Positions 12,688 to 24,500 of a DNA stretch of 64,000 bases are shown piece after piece (within the stretch, counting starts at the first letter, position 1; every line of letters starts with the position of its first letter). The stretch covers positions 1,674,001 to 1,738,000 of the forward strand of contig JAYWIR010000010.1 in NCBI GenBank assembly GCA_036172245.1, written 5' to 3'. Under the pieces are notes generated by a model. The model searched no databases. It had not been told where the DNA came from and saw only the letters and a program-made list of their open reading frames with translations. The DNA comes from Raillietiella orientalis (Eukaryota). The position numbers and the translations under genes are program-made.

Positions 12688-15600
12688 ATGGGTGGGAGCG
12701 TTGACGCCGCGTTCTCTGGAGTGGGCACCGAGCCCGGACTGAAGATCTGGAGGGTCGAGGTGAGCTCCTTTCCATTGTTTCCTTCCGACTGCCCGGAAGT
12801 ATCGGCTAATGCTTGACACGTCCCTCCACTCCCTTTCTTGCTTCTGCAGAACTTCTCGGTGGTCCCGTATCCCGAATCCAAGTATGGGATCTTCTACGTC
12901 GGGGACTCCTACATCGTGCTGCACGTGAGTACCCTTGCTCTAGACTCCGTGGGCGGCAAAGGCGGCCGCGGGCGTGACCCCGGGAGCGAAGAACGGTCGG
13001 GTTGCCTGGCTCCGTACCCAGCCTATGGTCCGGCTTGCCGCCCTGCCCTGCCCTGCGGGCGATGCTGCCGTGGCCTCGTGGCGGACGGTGCCCTTCGGCC
13101 GGGTGCGTACGATACGCGCGCGAAAAACCGGAAGGGCGAGCTCCCGGTACACGTGCCAGCGTCTTTCGAGAACGGCGGAGGAGGGGCAGGGAGGGAGGGT
13201 CATCCGTAGTGTCCTTCGGGCTCTGCGCCCGATATTTTCTACTGCCGCCGCTCCAAACCACCCTGCCTTCTGGAGATGGGCCACCGCCAGCGTCCCCTCC
13301 TCTTCCTGGAAGGATGACACCCGGAAGTCCTTCTGTCTACGCGCGCTTTCTGAAGAAGAATGCCCACGGGATGGTACGGAGCTGGAGCGAAGTCCACTCG
13401 CTCCTCCCTCCCGCCTGCCGGCTTCGGGCAGCGCCCCGGCTGCCCGTGCGCAAGGGTCGCCTAGACAGCGAGAGGGAACGCGGAGGAAAGAAAGGATGGT
13501 GGGTTTGCGTGGCAGTCGGCGAGCCACGCAGTGCCTCTTCCCGGAGCCGCCTGAACTCTTCCATCCACGCTGGGCACGGAGCGTTCTGGCGGCGCCCTCT
13601 CTACAGGAGGAGGAGAAGGAGCTCCATGCATCGGGACGATGAAGGATTTAAAAATAGCCTGACTGGGGGAATCTTTCAAGTGACACTCCCGATCGCTCCC
13701 TGAGGGATTATTTTGGGACCAGGAGGAATAATCCTTCAGGCGCGGGAGCACTTTGAAATCAAAACCGAATGTCGCGCATGTCGGTTGCCTCTGGCAACCG
13801 CGGTTTTCCCGCTCTTCAGCAGCTCCGCAGGGTGAAGCTTTCCCTTTCCACGTCCACCGCTCCTTCTCCTCCTTCCCTGACCCAGAAGCTCCCCTCATGG
13901 CCCACCTCACCCCTTCCTGCCAGTCCTTGGGCGGTCCACCGACGGGCGGCGGGATCACCCCATCGTCCGCGGAGCGGTCATCCAGCCGCAGCTCCTTCCG
14001 CTTCCTCTCCCTCATGCGAGCGTGGTGGTCCGAGAAGCCGGAACCCTCCTCAAGACCGAATGCTGTCCCTGGCCGGAGCGCGGCTCGCTCTGCTGAATCC
14101 CTCCCTCTCGGCCCTTGATCCGGAGACGTCTCTCGTCCTTGAGAGCTCCTCATGCCTGATTCCTCTCCACCCCCTCCGTTTCGCGCTCCCACCCAACGAG
14201 CGAAAAGAGCCGCGGAACTCTGCACTGCCCGACCGACCGCGGGTCCTCTCCACGCGCGAGACTCGTCTGCCGATGCCCTGCCCTGTGGGAAGCCTCGCAC
14301 CCGTCCCCTCGGGACGACAAGAGAGGGGCCCCTCTGCGCTCGCGTGCGAAGGCGAAGAGGAAGAAGTGGTGCCCCATTCTGGAGAGGAAGCCGCCTTGAG
14401 GAGGCGCCTGCGGCGCGTGCGAGCAGCTTCCTGCTCTCAAGGGACTTCCGGGCGAGATGGGGCGCCGAGTTCGGCCTTCCCCGCTCGGGACCGCCGCCGC
14501 GGGAGGACTGCGAAAATCTTCCGTATATGAGGTTCCTGAAAAGAAGTTCCGATTTGTCCCCGGCTCTGCTTCCGATCCCAGGTGGATCTCGGGGGCAAGG
14601 GGAAAGATCCCTCCCTCCTTTAGCAGTCTCGGCTGCCGCCGCAGATGGGAGGGCGGAAGGAGGGGGACAGAGATGAACTTTTGTTCCTCTTCTTCTTGCA
14701 GACGAAGAAGGTCAACCAGGCCCTGTACTGGGACATCCACTTCTGGCTGGGCGCCGAGACCACTCAGGTGAGCGGGCATCGCGGCGCCTGACGCGACCCC
14801 CACCGCCGCTCGAGTCACGAGGGACCACCGCGGAGTCCTCGGAAGGCCCCCAGAGGCAGCAAGGGCTTTTCTCCTTGCTGCCTCGGAGAGCAATGGCGGA
14901 GGGAGGCCACTTGATCAGGGAGCAAGGAGTAGACGCCGGATCGAACCTCAGGTGGAGGAAGGCGTCATTCCCTCCTCCCTCCTCCGGGAAGAGGGCGAGA
15001 GCTTAGCACGTCCGTCTCTCCCCTTCCCCCAGGGCGGCGAGGGACGAAGGCGCCGGGAGCGCTTTCTGCGAGCTTGCTTGCTCCCTTCCCTTTCCTCCTG
15101 GTGCCCGTCCTTCTATCCATCCCGAGGGGGAGAGGGAGGGTGACTCCCTCCCCTTCTTCCTGCTGGGGTTCCCACCTACAGCCAGCCCACCCTTGAGAGC
15201 GCGGTCGGAGTTTCCATCGCTCTGGAAACGCCCGTCCACTCTTATCCTCGCCTCTTTCTATTTCGCCTCTCCACTCTCCACTCCTGAAAGGATGAGGCTG
15301 GAACCGCCGCCATCAAAGCAGTGGAACTCGACGATTCCCTGGGAGGCGTTCCCGTTCAGCACCGGGAAGTCCAAGAGCACGAATCCTCTATGTTCCTGTC
15401 GTACTTCGAATCAGGAGTCACATATCTTCCCGGAGGGGTGAAAAGCGGATTCATCCACGTCGATCCCAACGCCTATGTGAACCGCCTGTTCCAAGTCAAA
15501 GGTCACAGGAACGTGAGGGTGAAGCAGGTAAGGAGGGGGGAAGGAAACCCGCAGCTTCCCCGGCGGCGGCTCCTGTCAAGATCCGCGAGGGGCAGTGCGG

Positions 15601-18600
15601 ATCCATGGGAAGGGAGGGAGGGACGAGGAGGGGTCGGAGAAGGTCGTGGAAGGGAAGCGAGCCCGCGTCCGAGTGCCGGCCGCGCCCAGCCGCGGCTACG
15701 GGACGCGAGCACTCCCTCCGACTTCCAGGATGAGATGCTGCAGCAGCCGATGGAGATGATAAGGCGCGCGCTCTTCCTCGTGGGGTGGGGTCAAGGGTAG
15801 ACGGCCGGCAGGATCTTTCGCAACGGTCGCCGCTATCTACCAGGAAGTTGCGTCGACAGGGGACGAGGGAGCGGCGTAGAATTTCGAAATTCGGGGGAGT
15901 CTCCGGGCCAAGGGGGATGGACGACCGGAAACAAGGGTTTGCCACTGCCCGAGGGGTGTGGCCGTGGGACTCTGCTTTGGCCAGGAGACGGCGCTGAGGC
16001 TCGCGCGGCTGGAACGGCGAGCGCACCTCCCTCCGTTGGGACTGCAGAGAGCAAATCCTGTGGGAGAGGAGAAGGAGGATGATCGGGATGGTCCCACATG
16101 GGTCGTGTGTTCGCGGCGCTCAGCTTGTAACCTGGTCTCCCCTCTTATGGACTGAACTCCCTTCGCGAGACCGGATGTCGAAGCGTATCTTGGATACGAC
16201 GGCTCTAGGCTTCTTCCTCCTTTTCTTTTTTTGCCTTCTTTCACGAATCCAAAAATTCAGAATCCAAGAAAGGCATGGCGACCGCGAAGAGCTGGAGAGC
16301 GCGTTGGCCAGCGGGAGCGACGATGCATCCGTGGGATAGCCCAACAGCGATCGCAAGGGAAGGCTGCTCTCGGAGTGGGGAGCGGAGACGTCGCTCCCGT
16401 GCGTGTCCAGGAGCAGAGCAACTCGACCAGCGGATGATGTCCGGTGGAGCGCGGATCTGAAGCCGTCGGGATGCGAACTGGGGATCTGCCGAACGTCGGG
16501 GTTTCCGAGGCTGCGCAACTCTGCGCACCGTTCACTCGAACCGCAGTTTGAGCCGTTGCCCTAGAAACGAAAGCGGAGATGTAGCGAGGGAAGAGAGCCC
16601 CTTTCGCGGGGATCATGGGCGAAGGAAGCTCTTCGAGAAGTGCTGAGACTCGGAGATCCCCGGCTGATCAGGACGAGCGTGGGCAGCTGAAGACGGAACC
16701 GGCACATCCCTTGAAATGCAAGAAGCAAAACGAGATGAGCTGCTTGGTTGCGGCTGCTGAGCCGAGAATTCCCGCTGCGGGCGTCATCCACGAAAGTGCA
16801 CCCCACGGTGCTCTTCGCGCTGTCCCCACCGCGAACTCTTTGGGTTCTTCGTGAGTGTTGGAAGCGACGGAAGCGCATGCGCGTCGGTCCCAAAACGCAC
16901 GCAAAGGAAGCAAAAAGCGGAGATGGCAAACGAACGAACTCCTCGCGTTTCTTCCTCGTCCTCTTTTGTTCTCTTTCTTTTCTCTTTTGCACGCAGCCTT
17001 TCCCTTCGTTCTTCCTCCGCGCTAAAACGCAAGGGAATCAGGGAATGCGAACGCGAGTGCCTTCAAAAGCGCGCGCCGTCGAGGAAGGATCTTCGCTGCC
17101 CACCGCCGCGAGCGAAGAGCGGACGTGCGGGCGTCCCGTCGGCCCCGCCGTGCCGGGCGGAGTCGCCCGCACTCGCGCGCGCGAGGGCCCGAAAGTTCTC
17201 GAAGCGATCGCCCGCGGGATCTCTCGGCATGCCGCCCGCCGCCGTGCTCCCTGCGCCGGAGACGTTTTGCTTCTCCGTTCCGCCGCCAGGAGCGCACTGC
17301 TGGCCAAGCAATCGAATGGGAAAATCAATCGGATCGTCTCTCGAGTGAAGCGTTTTCTGTGTGTGTGTGTGTGTGTGTGTGTTTTTTTTTTTCTTGTTGG
17401 AGAATGTTAAAGGGTGTTGTACAGGCTCGGAGAGAGCCACGTTTGTTTTCGGGTACACACCGTTTCACTAGGTGTCAGCTGATGCAGTCGAGTGTGGTCT
17501 TCCGAGAAGGGAATGCTGCGCAGTTTTTCCACAGGCTTTTCTTTCACTGCCATTGCTCTTCGCCAACTGCAAATAAAATCTATCAGATTTTCTTGGCACA
17601 AAGGAAAGGATTTCGACGGAAGGAAAGAGAGAGGAAAGATTCTTCCTAGGTGAAGCGGCGCACCGGAATCTTGGTCAGCTTACACCGGGAATGATTGCCG
17701 TTTTCGTTTCCCGAAGTGCAGATGCCATCCGGAGCATTCTAGGAAAACGATCTCCGGAAACTTCCAAAGCTCCAAGGATCTTTGTTTTCCGCTCGAACAA
17801 AACGGGAGGGAAGTGTGTTGCCGGAAGATCAGGAATCCAAGGTGAAGCTCTCTCACTCGCCTTGCACCGTAAGGCGCGCCTGCCCACCCGGTCGTTTCGT
17901 CGGTGGTTTTTTTTTTTTTTTTTTGGCATTTCCATGCGTCGGGAACCTCATCTTGCTGGATCACCTTGCTCTTCGTGCTACGGTCTCGTCGGAACGAAAC
18001 CCGCTGATGATTTCCAGTTGACGCTGGAATGACCTCTGTGCGTTTGTGCCAACTTCCCTTACAGCAAGAGTTGGGGGAAGAACAGTAGCTCAGACCCCGT
18101 GAAAAGAAAAAGGGAGGATCGAATTGCAGAGAATCGAGTAGTCGAAAGTGGCGGTGTTTTGACCTTCGCACTTGAAGATGCTCCCTCTTCCTTTCTGCTC
18201 TTCGTGCTCCCAGAGTAGTGTGGCGTAGTTTTCCGAGCTACCTTGCGAACACGGACGGTTTTGCAAATGAGGCGTTCGTCTCTCTGGTAACCGTATCTCT
18301 GAACAGATAAGCAGAATACACAAGATTGGCGGAAGATAGTCGCACATAGTTCGCGTTTGGCACGCGGATTTTCTTTCGAGTGCTTCCCTCAAACGCCTAA
18401 CGGTTTTCAGTTGGCATGCCCCCGGCTGCTTTGCTCGAATCATGTCGGCAAGACGGAATGCCCTAAGTGTGGCGAAGCCTTGCGAGATTAGCGGCTATCG
18501 GATCTCGCAGGAGTCCGTGATGACTGTACCACCGTCGGGGTCTTCTTTGGTCTCTGCAGCTGCACGTCCCTGCCGGACGTGTTTGTTCGCGTCGGTAAGA

Positions 18601-21600
18601 CATCGCGGCCGGCGACGGGCAGGTAGATAATGCGTACCAGATATATACCTTAGGCACTGATACCGGCAAGAACATCTTCAGGAGGTCCCCGTCCCACTTG
18701 CTGCTTTTGCGCAATCCGGAAAGCATGTGTTTCCACGCAATTCGTGTTGCTGTTCTTCCCTCTCACTCCGTCGCCTCGGCACGTAGCACACGCGGGCCTC
18801 CACAGCCTCATAGAGGATATCGCTTCATCCACTTTTTGCACAAGACATCTTGCATTCTGCTTTCGTGATGCCACGATGAGAATGCGAATGGGAGGACTGT
18901 TGCCGTTTCGCGGAAGAATGGACCGGTGTTGCCAGCGCGGGAACGGCCCTAGGAATTCAGAGTCGCTGCTGATCTACCGGACAGTCGTCGTCATACCTGA
19001 TGAAGATGGGCGCAGAGCGCGAATCTTGGAAAATCAGATCGGCAATAGACCGTTTTCATGATGAGCAGCTGAGAGCCCTCAGCAGTGTGCATCAAGAGTG
19101 CAGTAGTCAGCCGTACCTGGGTGGCTGGATACGTGCTCAGCTGAAGTGCAAGGAATGAATCGCGACTTTGTTTGGAGAGACCATGGATTGAACTTGGTAG
19201 CGTTTTGAGTGACGGATGGTTCTAGTGCGAAATGGAAGGCGTGGCAGCATTGTGAAAGCCTAGCCGAGAGGCATGGACTGTTAATGCAGAAAGTTAGCTG
19301 GTGACGATATTACTGGAAGTTGCATTTTCAGCCTGGAAATCGCGGTTATTTCATCGGTCGGTGATGAACGACGACTGTGAGCATCCGTGAAGACGCGGAT
19401 GCGAAAGAGAGAGGAGGGGCAGGAAGGCGGAACTGTTCCGTACGAACAGCTCGGTCACATTTCAATTTGGAGGTCGCACCCGCATTCCGAGACCGATTCC
19501 GGAGCTGGTCGTTAGCGAAGAAAGTGCTCGTCTGAGCCGGTGCCCTTGCACTTGCGTGTGACAGCGAGTCATTGCATACGAGCCGGAGGGCCGCTTTGGA
19601 GGCCGTGTGGCTGCGGTCTCCGCGCGTGGTGTTAAGCGTTGCGGGTTCGAATCCCGCTCGGGGAAGGATCGACGCCGGGATCGGAAGGTGGTGCATCGAG
19701 GGTTTCAAGTCCGCAAGATGATGCTCGGACGTGGTAACGGTGGAAGCCGGATGCCCTTGTTGACCGACCGGGATGGGAAGTGAACCCTTCGGGGTTCTTC
19801 CAGGAATCAAAGGTGTCGGTTCCCTCCGGTTGTAAAAAATGAAGCGGTCCCTCCCCTTCGGGAGGGGGAGACCCTTCATCTCTTGCCATATAGCTCGTGG
19901 ATCGATACCTCTCCAGAGTGTGAGGAAAGGCTCTGCTCCCTTCAGAGAACGACTCTTCAGAGAAATTTGGAAGCCTGCCTTAGAAGTTCTCTCCAGGGAA
20001 GGAGGCAACAAGGAGCGGATCCTTTCCGGGTCCCCTTTAAAGAAGGGATGAGGGTCGGCCCCCACAAAGCGAGAGGTCTCTCTGGAGAGAATGAGGAAGA
20101 GGTTCCCTTTGGAGGCAACCAGGACGAAGGTTTCCTTCGGGACTCCCCTGCCAAGAGCAAAAGGAAAGAACTTCTTCCTCCGGAGCTCTTAGAGTGGCCT
20201 TCTCCACGGTTGAAGGGTCACCACCCTGATGATTCGGTGCTGAAACGAAGCTGAGTGAAGTTGCGACAAATTTGGGACGCAAAGAGAAAAATTTTGAGCT
20301 CGATAGCATTTTAGTCATACGGGCACGAAAGGAGATTTTTGCGGGAGCGAGATTGCGGAGCTTACTCTAGAGCAGTCTTCGCACGCTGTTTCTTAGAAGA
20401 CTCTTTCCCAAAGCCCACACGGCATGGGGTTGAGCAACGGCGGGTTAAACGGCTGGCGTCGTTCCAGGAAGTAGAGCATCCTCTTTACTTAGGTTCTTCT
20501 CAACGTTTCGTCAATGAATAAAGGAGACTCCTTCATCCTGGACACTGCCCGCGTCGTCTACGTGTACATGGGTCGCGACAGCCGCAGGGTGGAACGTCTT
20601 AAAGCCACCAGTGCGGCCAGGAAGCTGCGAGATCAAGATCACGCTGGAAAAGTTTCCGTGGAAATCATAGGTACGGGTTGGGCTGCTCCCAGGTCTCGCC
20701 CACCCAACGGTTCCCTTAGATGAACACAGCAGCGAAGATGACGTCGAGAAGTTCTTCAAAGCTCTGGGATCCGGCAGTCCCAGCGAAGTGGCATCGGCTA
20801 CTGACGACGACAAAGTGTACGAAAAGTCTGTTCAGGTAAGAAAAGGCGGAGGAGAGGAGCCGGACCGACGACGCTGACTCGTTTCCCCCTCCCCCGAGCA
20901 GGAATCTGTAACTCTGTACAAAGTCAGCGACGACACAGGAAAACTGAAGGTGCAAGTTGTCGGGAAGAAGCCTCTCACTCAAGGCATGCTCCATTCGGGA
21001 GTAAGTGGCGCCCGCGCGACCTGGAAATCCACTGTGCTCCGTGTTGCTTTCCAGGATTGTTTCATCCTCGACTCCGGAGGCTCTGGCATCTTCGTGTGGA
21101 TTGGGCGAAATAGCTCCAAGAACGAAAAGTGCCAGGCCATGGTTACCGCGACAAAATTCCTAAAGGAGAAGGGCTATCCCCTGTGGACAAAAGTCAACAC
21201 CACTCTTTTCGCTGCCTCAGGAATTCTGCTGTTTCTCTCCCTAAGGTGGAGCGCATTGTGGATGGAGGGGAGCCTTCCGTCTTCAAGCAGTATTTCCATG
21301 TTTGGAAAGAGGCGGATGAGCAGGCTTTCGTTTTCGGAAGAATTTACAGCTCCAAGGAGATTAAAGGTGGGTTGGTATTTATCTCAACACCTGAGCCATC
21401 CCTGCCACTCCACGAACCTTTAGCATTGCCGGAAGAGGACTTCGACGTGAGGAAACTCCACAAGAAGAAGATCAAAGTGCTCATCAAGAATGCTGGCAAA
21501 GCATTCGGGTTTATACCTGATCAGGGTCGTGGCAAATTGGACGTTTGGCGAGTCGAGAACTTCCAGCTGAAGGCCATCGACCGCAAGATGTACGGTATGT

Positions 21601-23122
21601 TCTTCGGAGGAGATTCGTACGTCATCAAATACGCATATGAAGAAAAGGGGAAGATTAAATACATCATTTACTTCTGGCAGGTAAAACTTTTGAGGGTTCC
21701 TGAGACCTCTAAGTGTGCTGGGCCGAACCCGTTAGGGCCGGGATAGTACGCACGACGAGAAGGCCTCAGCTGCCCTCCATGCGGTTCGTTTGGATAATGA
21801 ACTGGGTGGCGCAGCCATTCAAGTTCGTGTGGTTCAAGGAAGTGAACCACAACACTTTTTGCTCATTTTTCACGGTAAAGTTCTTGGAGTCTTCGATGCT
21901 TTATCATTGCTTCTTCTGTTCGCTTGCCTTGCAAAAAAATAATTGTTCCATATGATATGAGCCCGGAATCCCGTCGTAAAGGGGGATCGAAAGCAGGGGG
22001 GATCCGGAAACGGCGAAGCATCCTACCGGTCGTTTTCACGAGACCTCTCGACCATTGTGCCCGTCCCCTTTTGCAACGATGGTCCCCCGATGATGAGGAC
22101 CTCTGTTCTCCAGGAAAGATGATCACGTTTCTCGGAGGACACGCCAGCGGGTTCCGCAACCTGAGAGAGAACGACTCTCAAAGCAACAACGGCACCAGAC
22201 TCTTCCGAGTGCGTGGCACATGCCCCAAAGACGTGCGGGCAGAGCAGGTTCCTCCTGTGGCATCCTCACTGGACTCGGACGACGCTTTCATTTTGGAGAC
22301 TCCGGAGCAGACCTTCATCTGGTTGGGAATAGTAAGCTCTCTTGGAGAAAGTTTCGGTGTGCAAGAAGCAGCTGCAGGCGGAACACATGAGGGACGGTCC
22401 CCAAGATGAGGGGAGCTTCGTAGATGGCTTAAATGACGTTCACTGAAAGGTTCTAAACCAACTGTCGTTAATCCTTTCCGCGTGGTTCCAGGGCTGCTCC
22501 GACGAAGAACGGGAAATGGCTTCCAAGTTTGCTCGCATCCTGGTTCCCGACAGAGCCGCCAACCTCATCAAGGAAAAAGAGGAATCTGACTCTTTCTGGA
22601 AAGGTTTGGGAGGCAAAGGTCCTTACAGCAGGATGAGAAGTGGAGAATGCCAAGTTCCTTTGCTGGGAGCGCGCTTGTTTCACGTGTTTGTGTCTGAGGT
22701 TACTCACAAGATGCGAGTGGAAGAGATCAGCAACTTTGTTCAAGAGGTAGGAAAAAAACTCTTTTTTTCCTTCGTTCTTAGTCATGAGGCAAAACAACAA
22801 AACAAGAAAATGATCTTATTAGGAACTCTATCCAGATGACGTCATGATTCTTGATACTGGTGCGGAAATCTACGTCTGGATCGGTGAAGGCGCTTCACAG
22901 GAAGAGAAAGAAAAAGCGATGAAGCTGGCTCAGGATTACATCCTGACGGAACCGAGCGAGAGGACCATGGATTCCGTGGTCATCCTGGCTATCAAGCAGC
23001 ATCAGGAACCCGAGGATTTCAAAGCTTTCTTCGATGTTTGGGATGAAAGCATGTGGCAGGTACGCTGACGCCTAGTACTTCTTTGGTCACGTGGTTGGTT
23101 GCAGAAGCAGAAATCTGCCTGA
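12688..23122 (+). CDS. Gel: Gelsolin (six gelsolin domains, cytoplasmic-type), 15 coding exons, ~741 aa
   Basis: Exons read by hand, all GT-AG and phase-consistent: 12688-12759, 12850-12924, 14702-14767, 15291-15527, 20493-20670, 20720-20835, 20902-21000, 21055-21192, 21246-21366, 21424-21680, 21736-21874, 22114-22331, 22492-22746, 22823-23059, 23105-23122 (2226 nt). Gelsolin motifs: [119 protein letters not shown]. No villin headpiece. The last micro-exon and the start codon are less certain. Confidence 0.95.
13000..14600 (+). mobile_element. Possible degenerate L1-like RT relic in gelsolin intron 2
   Basis: VRQGSP (with a 1-nt slip) at ~13446, ASG..RI.K at ~13630, DYFG at ~13710. Confidence 0.3.
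16200..16850 (-). mobile_element. Possible BEL/Pao RT relic in gelsolin intron 4
   Basis: [10 protein letters not shown] followed by CRFRLQL (FYVDDLLSG...GF.L-like). Confidence 0.3.
17358..17392 (+). repeat. (TG)n microsatellite followed by a T-run
   Basis: Read directly from the sequence. Confidence 0.9.
18150..19595 (-). mobile_element. Degenerate Ty3/gypsy RNase H-integrase relic in gelsolin intron 4
   Basis: LRLVCNDS (L.TDAS-like), [11 protein letters not shown] (V.TDH.PL), WRPACATC (integrase CxxC), [10 protein letters not shown]...CDYLPPIL (R.L...L.K..W..LP..L). Confidence 0.5.
19601..20272 (+). mobile_element. tRNA-headed SINE-like element, copy 1
   Basis: A-box-like TGGCTGCGG, perfect B box GGTTCGAATCC at 19644-19654 in a T-arm-like stem (GCGGG/CCCGC); colinear similarity along its length to 30170-30838. 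Confidence 0.75.
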
Positions 23123-23330
23123 CTGATGGTGTAGGGTATCACGTGATACGACTCGAGGGATCACGATTGCTTTTCCACGGTAACAAGACTTGCAGCTAAC
23201 GAGATTGGGGTCTCCTTGATGTGTTAACAACGCTGGAAGATTGCTGACCTACTGGGAATCTGGAAAAACGAAAGTTCCTATGTTTGAATGCTTAATGAAG
23301 AATTGGTTTTGCTTAATTCCCAATGTTGAA

Positions 23331-23336
23331 AATAAA
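23331..23336 (+). terminator. Candidate polyadenylation signal for gelsolin
   Basis: AATAAA about 210 nt downstream of the predicted stop codon. Confidence 0.45.
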
Positions 23337-23349
23337 CAGATTGCACTGT

Positions 23350-24500
23350 TTCCCGTGACAGCACTTGCTTTCTTAGTACCTTCAGATCCCTGGGTGCGGA
23401 ACCACGCAAAAGGTGTATTGGCTGAAATGACAAGAAAGCACCCGTGAACTTGGCATAGAGGAGAGGAACATCCTTCGCGGGAATGAAATTTCGGAAGAGA
23501 AGCTTGGAATCGGTCAAGGAGCAAAGAAGATTCGCAGTGAGATTGGACCATGGTCATTGTTTCGGGTACAAAAAAAGAGAAGAAACGAAAATTCGCTTGG
23601 GAAAAGGGGTTTTAGTAGAAGCAAGGAATGCGGCATCCCAAGAGGATGGCGACGCGCAGTGTGCTCGGCTTCTAAGGAAAGGAAATTCAGTCGATTCACG
23701 AGCGCTGGCTGCCTCGTGAGGCAGGCTGAGGTGTTCAGGCACCTTTCACTGCTAGTGTTTCCGTCGACGGACATTTCGATAGTATGGTCCACCAGACTGA
23801 CGAGGACTGTTTCAGCCAAACCAAATGCACTTAGGAACTCGACAATGATAATGGCCAATCTGCATACGAAATAGTAAGAGTAGGTGCAAAGAAAAAGTCT
23901 GACCATGCCTTTCCAAGACGACTTCTGGAAGACGCATCGGTGGGAAGTTGAGTTTCATAGATGAAGAGTTCCATTCTCCGAGCCCTATGGAATTTTAATG
24001 AATTATCCTTGAAAACGGGGAGAGACGCTCGAAAAACAATCAGGGCGAAGATGAGAAAACACGAGATCGTAGTGAGGTCTATCACGGCAGATGACCAGAC
24101 GACAAGAACCGTGAAATGGCGCGCACTGGCGAGTAAATTGTCAGTAAAACGTGGCAGTCTCTGGAGGGGATGAAGGAAGGAAAAACTGTTCATGGAAGCT
24201 CCCAAAAATGCTGCAACGGAAACGAGTTCTAAAGTCTCTTATGAGCAGGAAGAATCACAGAGCTGTAAATCGAAGGACTACCGGGTATCGAGCAGAGCAT
24301 TTTTCATACTGTAGACCGATTCCGTGAGCAGTTTCCGCGGTAAGAAATGAGCGGAAGTGTGTTGATGGAGCCACGATGATCCTGCGGAATGAAGGTTGAA
24401 AAGAATCGATCCGATTCGGCAAAAGGATGCTGGAAAATCATTCGTTAGGAGATCACATGAATCGCGCTTGACTCATCAGATGCAGCAGGTCTTCCGCAGC
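23350..24500 (+). mobile_element. Degenerate RTE-like LINE RT relic
   Basis: RGFSRSKEC (GFR.GRSC), IMANLH, SILRALWNFN, ITADDQT (FADD-like) in the expected order. Confidence 0.4.

Noticed and set aside
10200..17300. Many overlapping 150-280 aa ORFs in all frames
   Set aside because: Arg/Pro/Ser/Gly-rich translations are expected from stop-poor GC-rich DNA. Only the gelsolin exons show real homology.
19601..19665. Functional tRNA gene
   Set aside because: It has a B box and T-arm, but the A-B spacing is short, there is no convincing acceptor stem or anticodon arm, and it continues into a repeated body. It is better explained as a SINE-like head.
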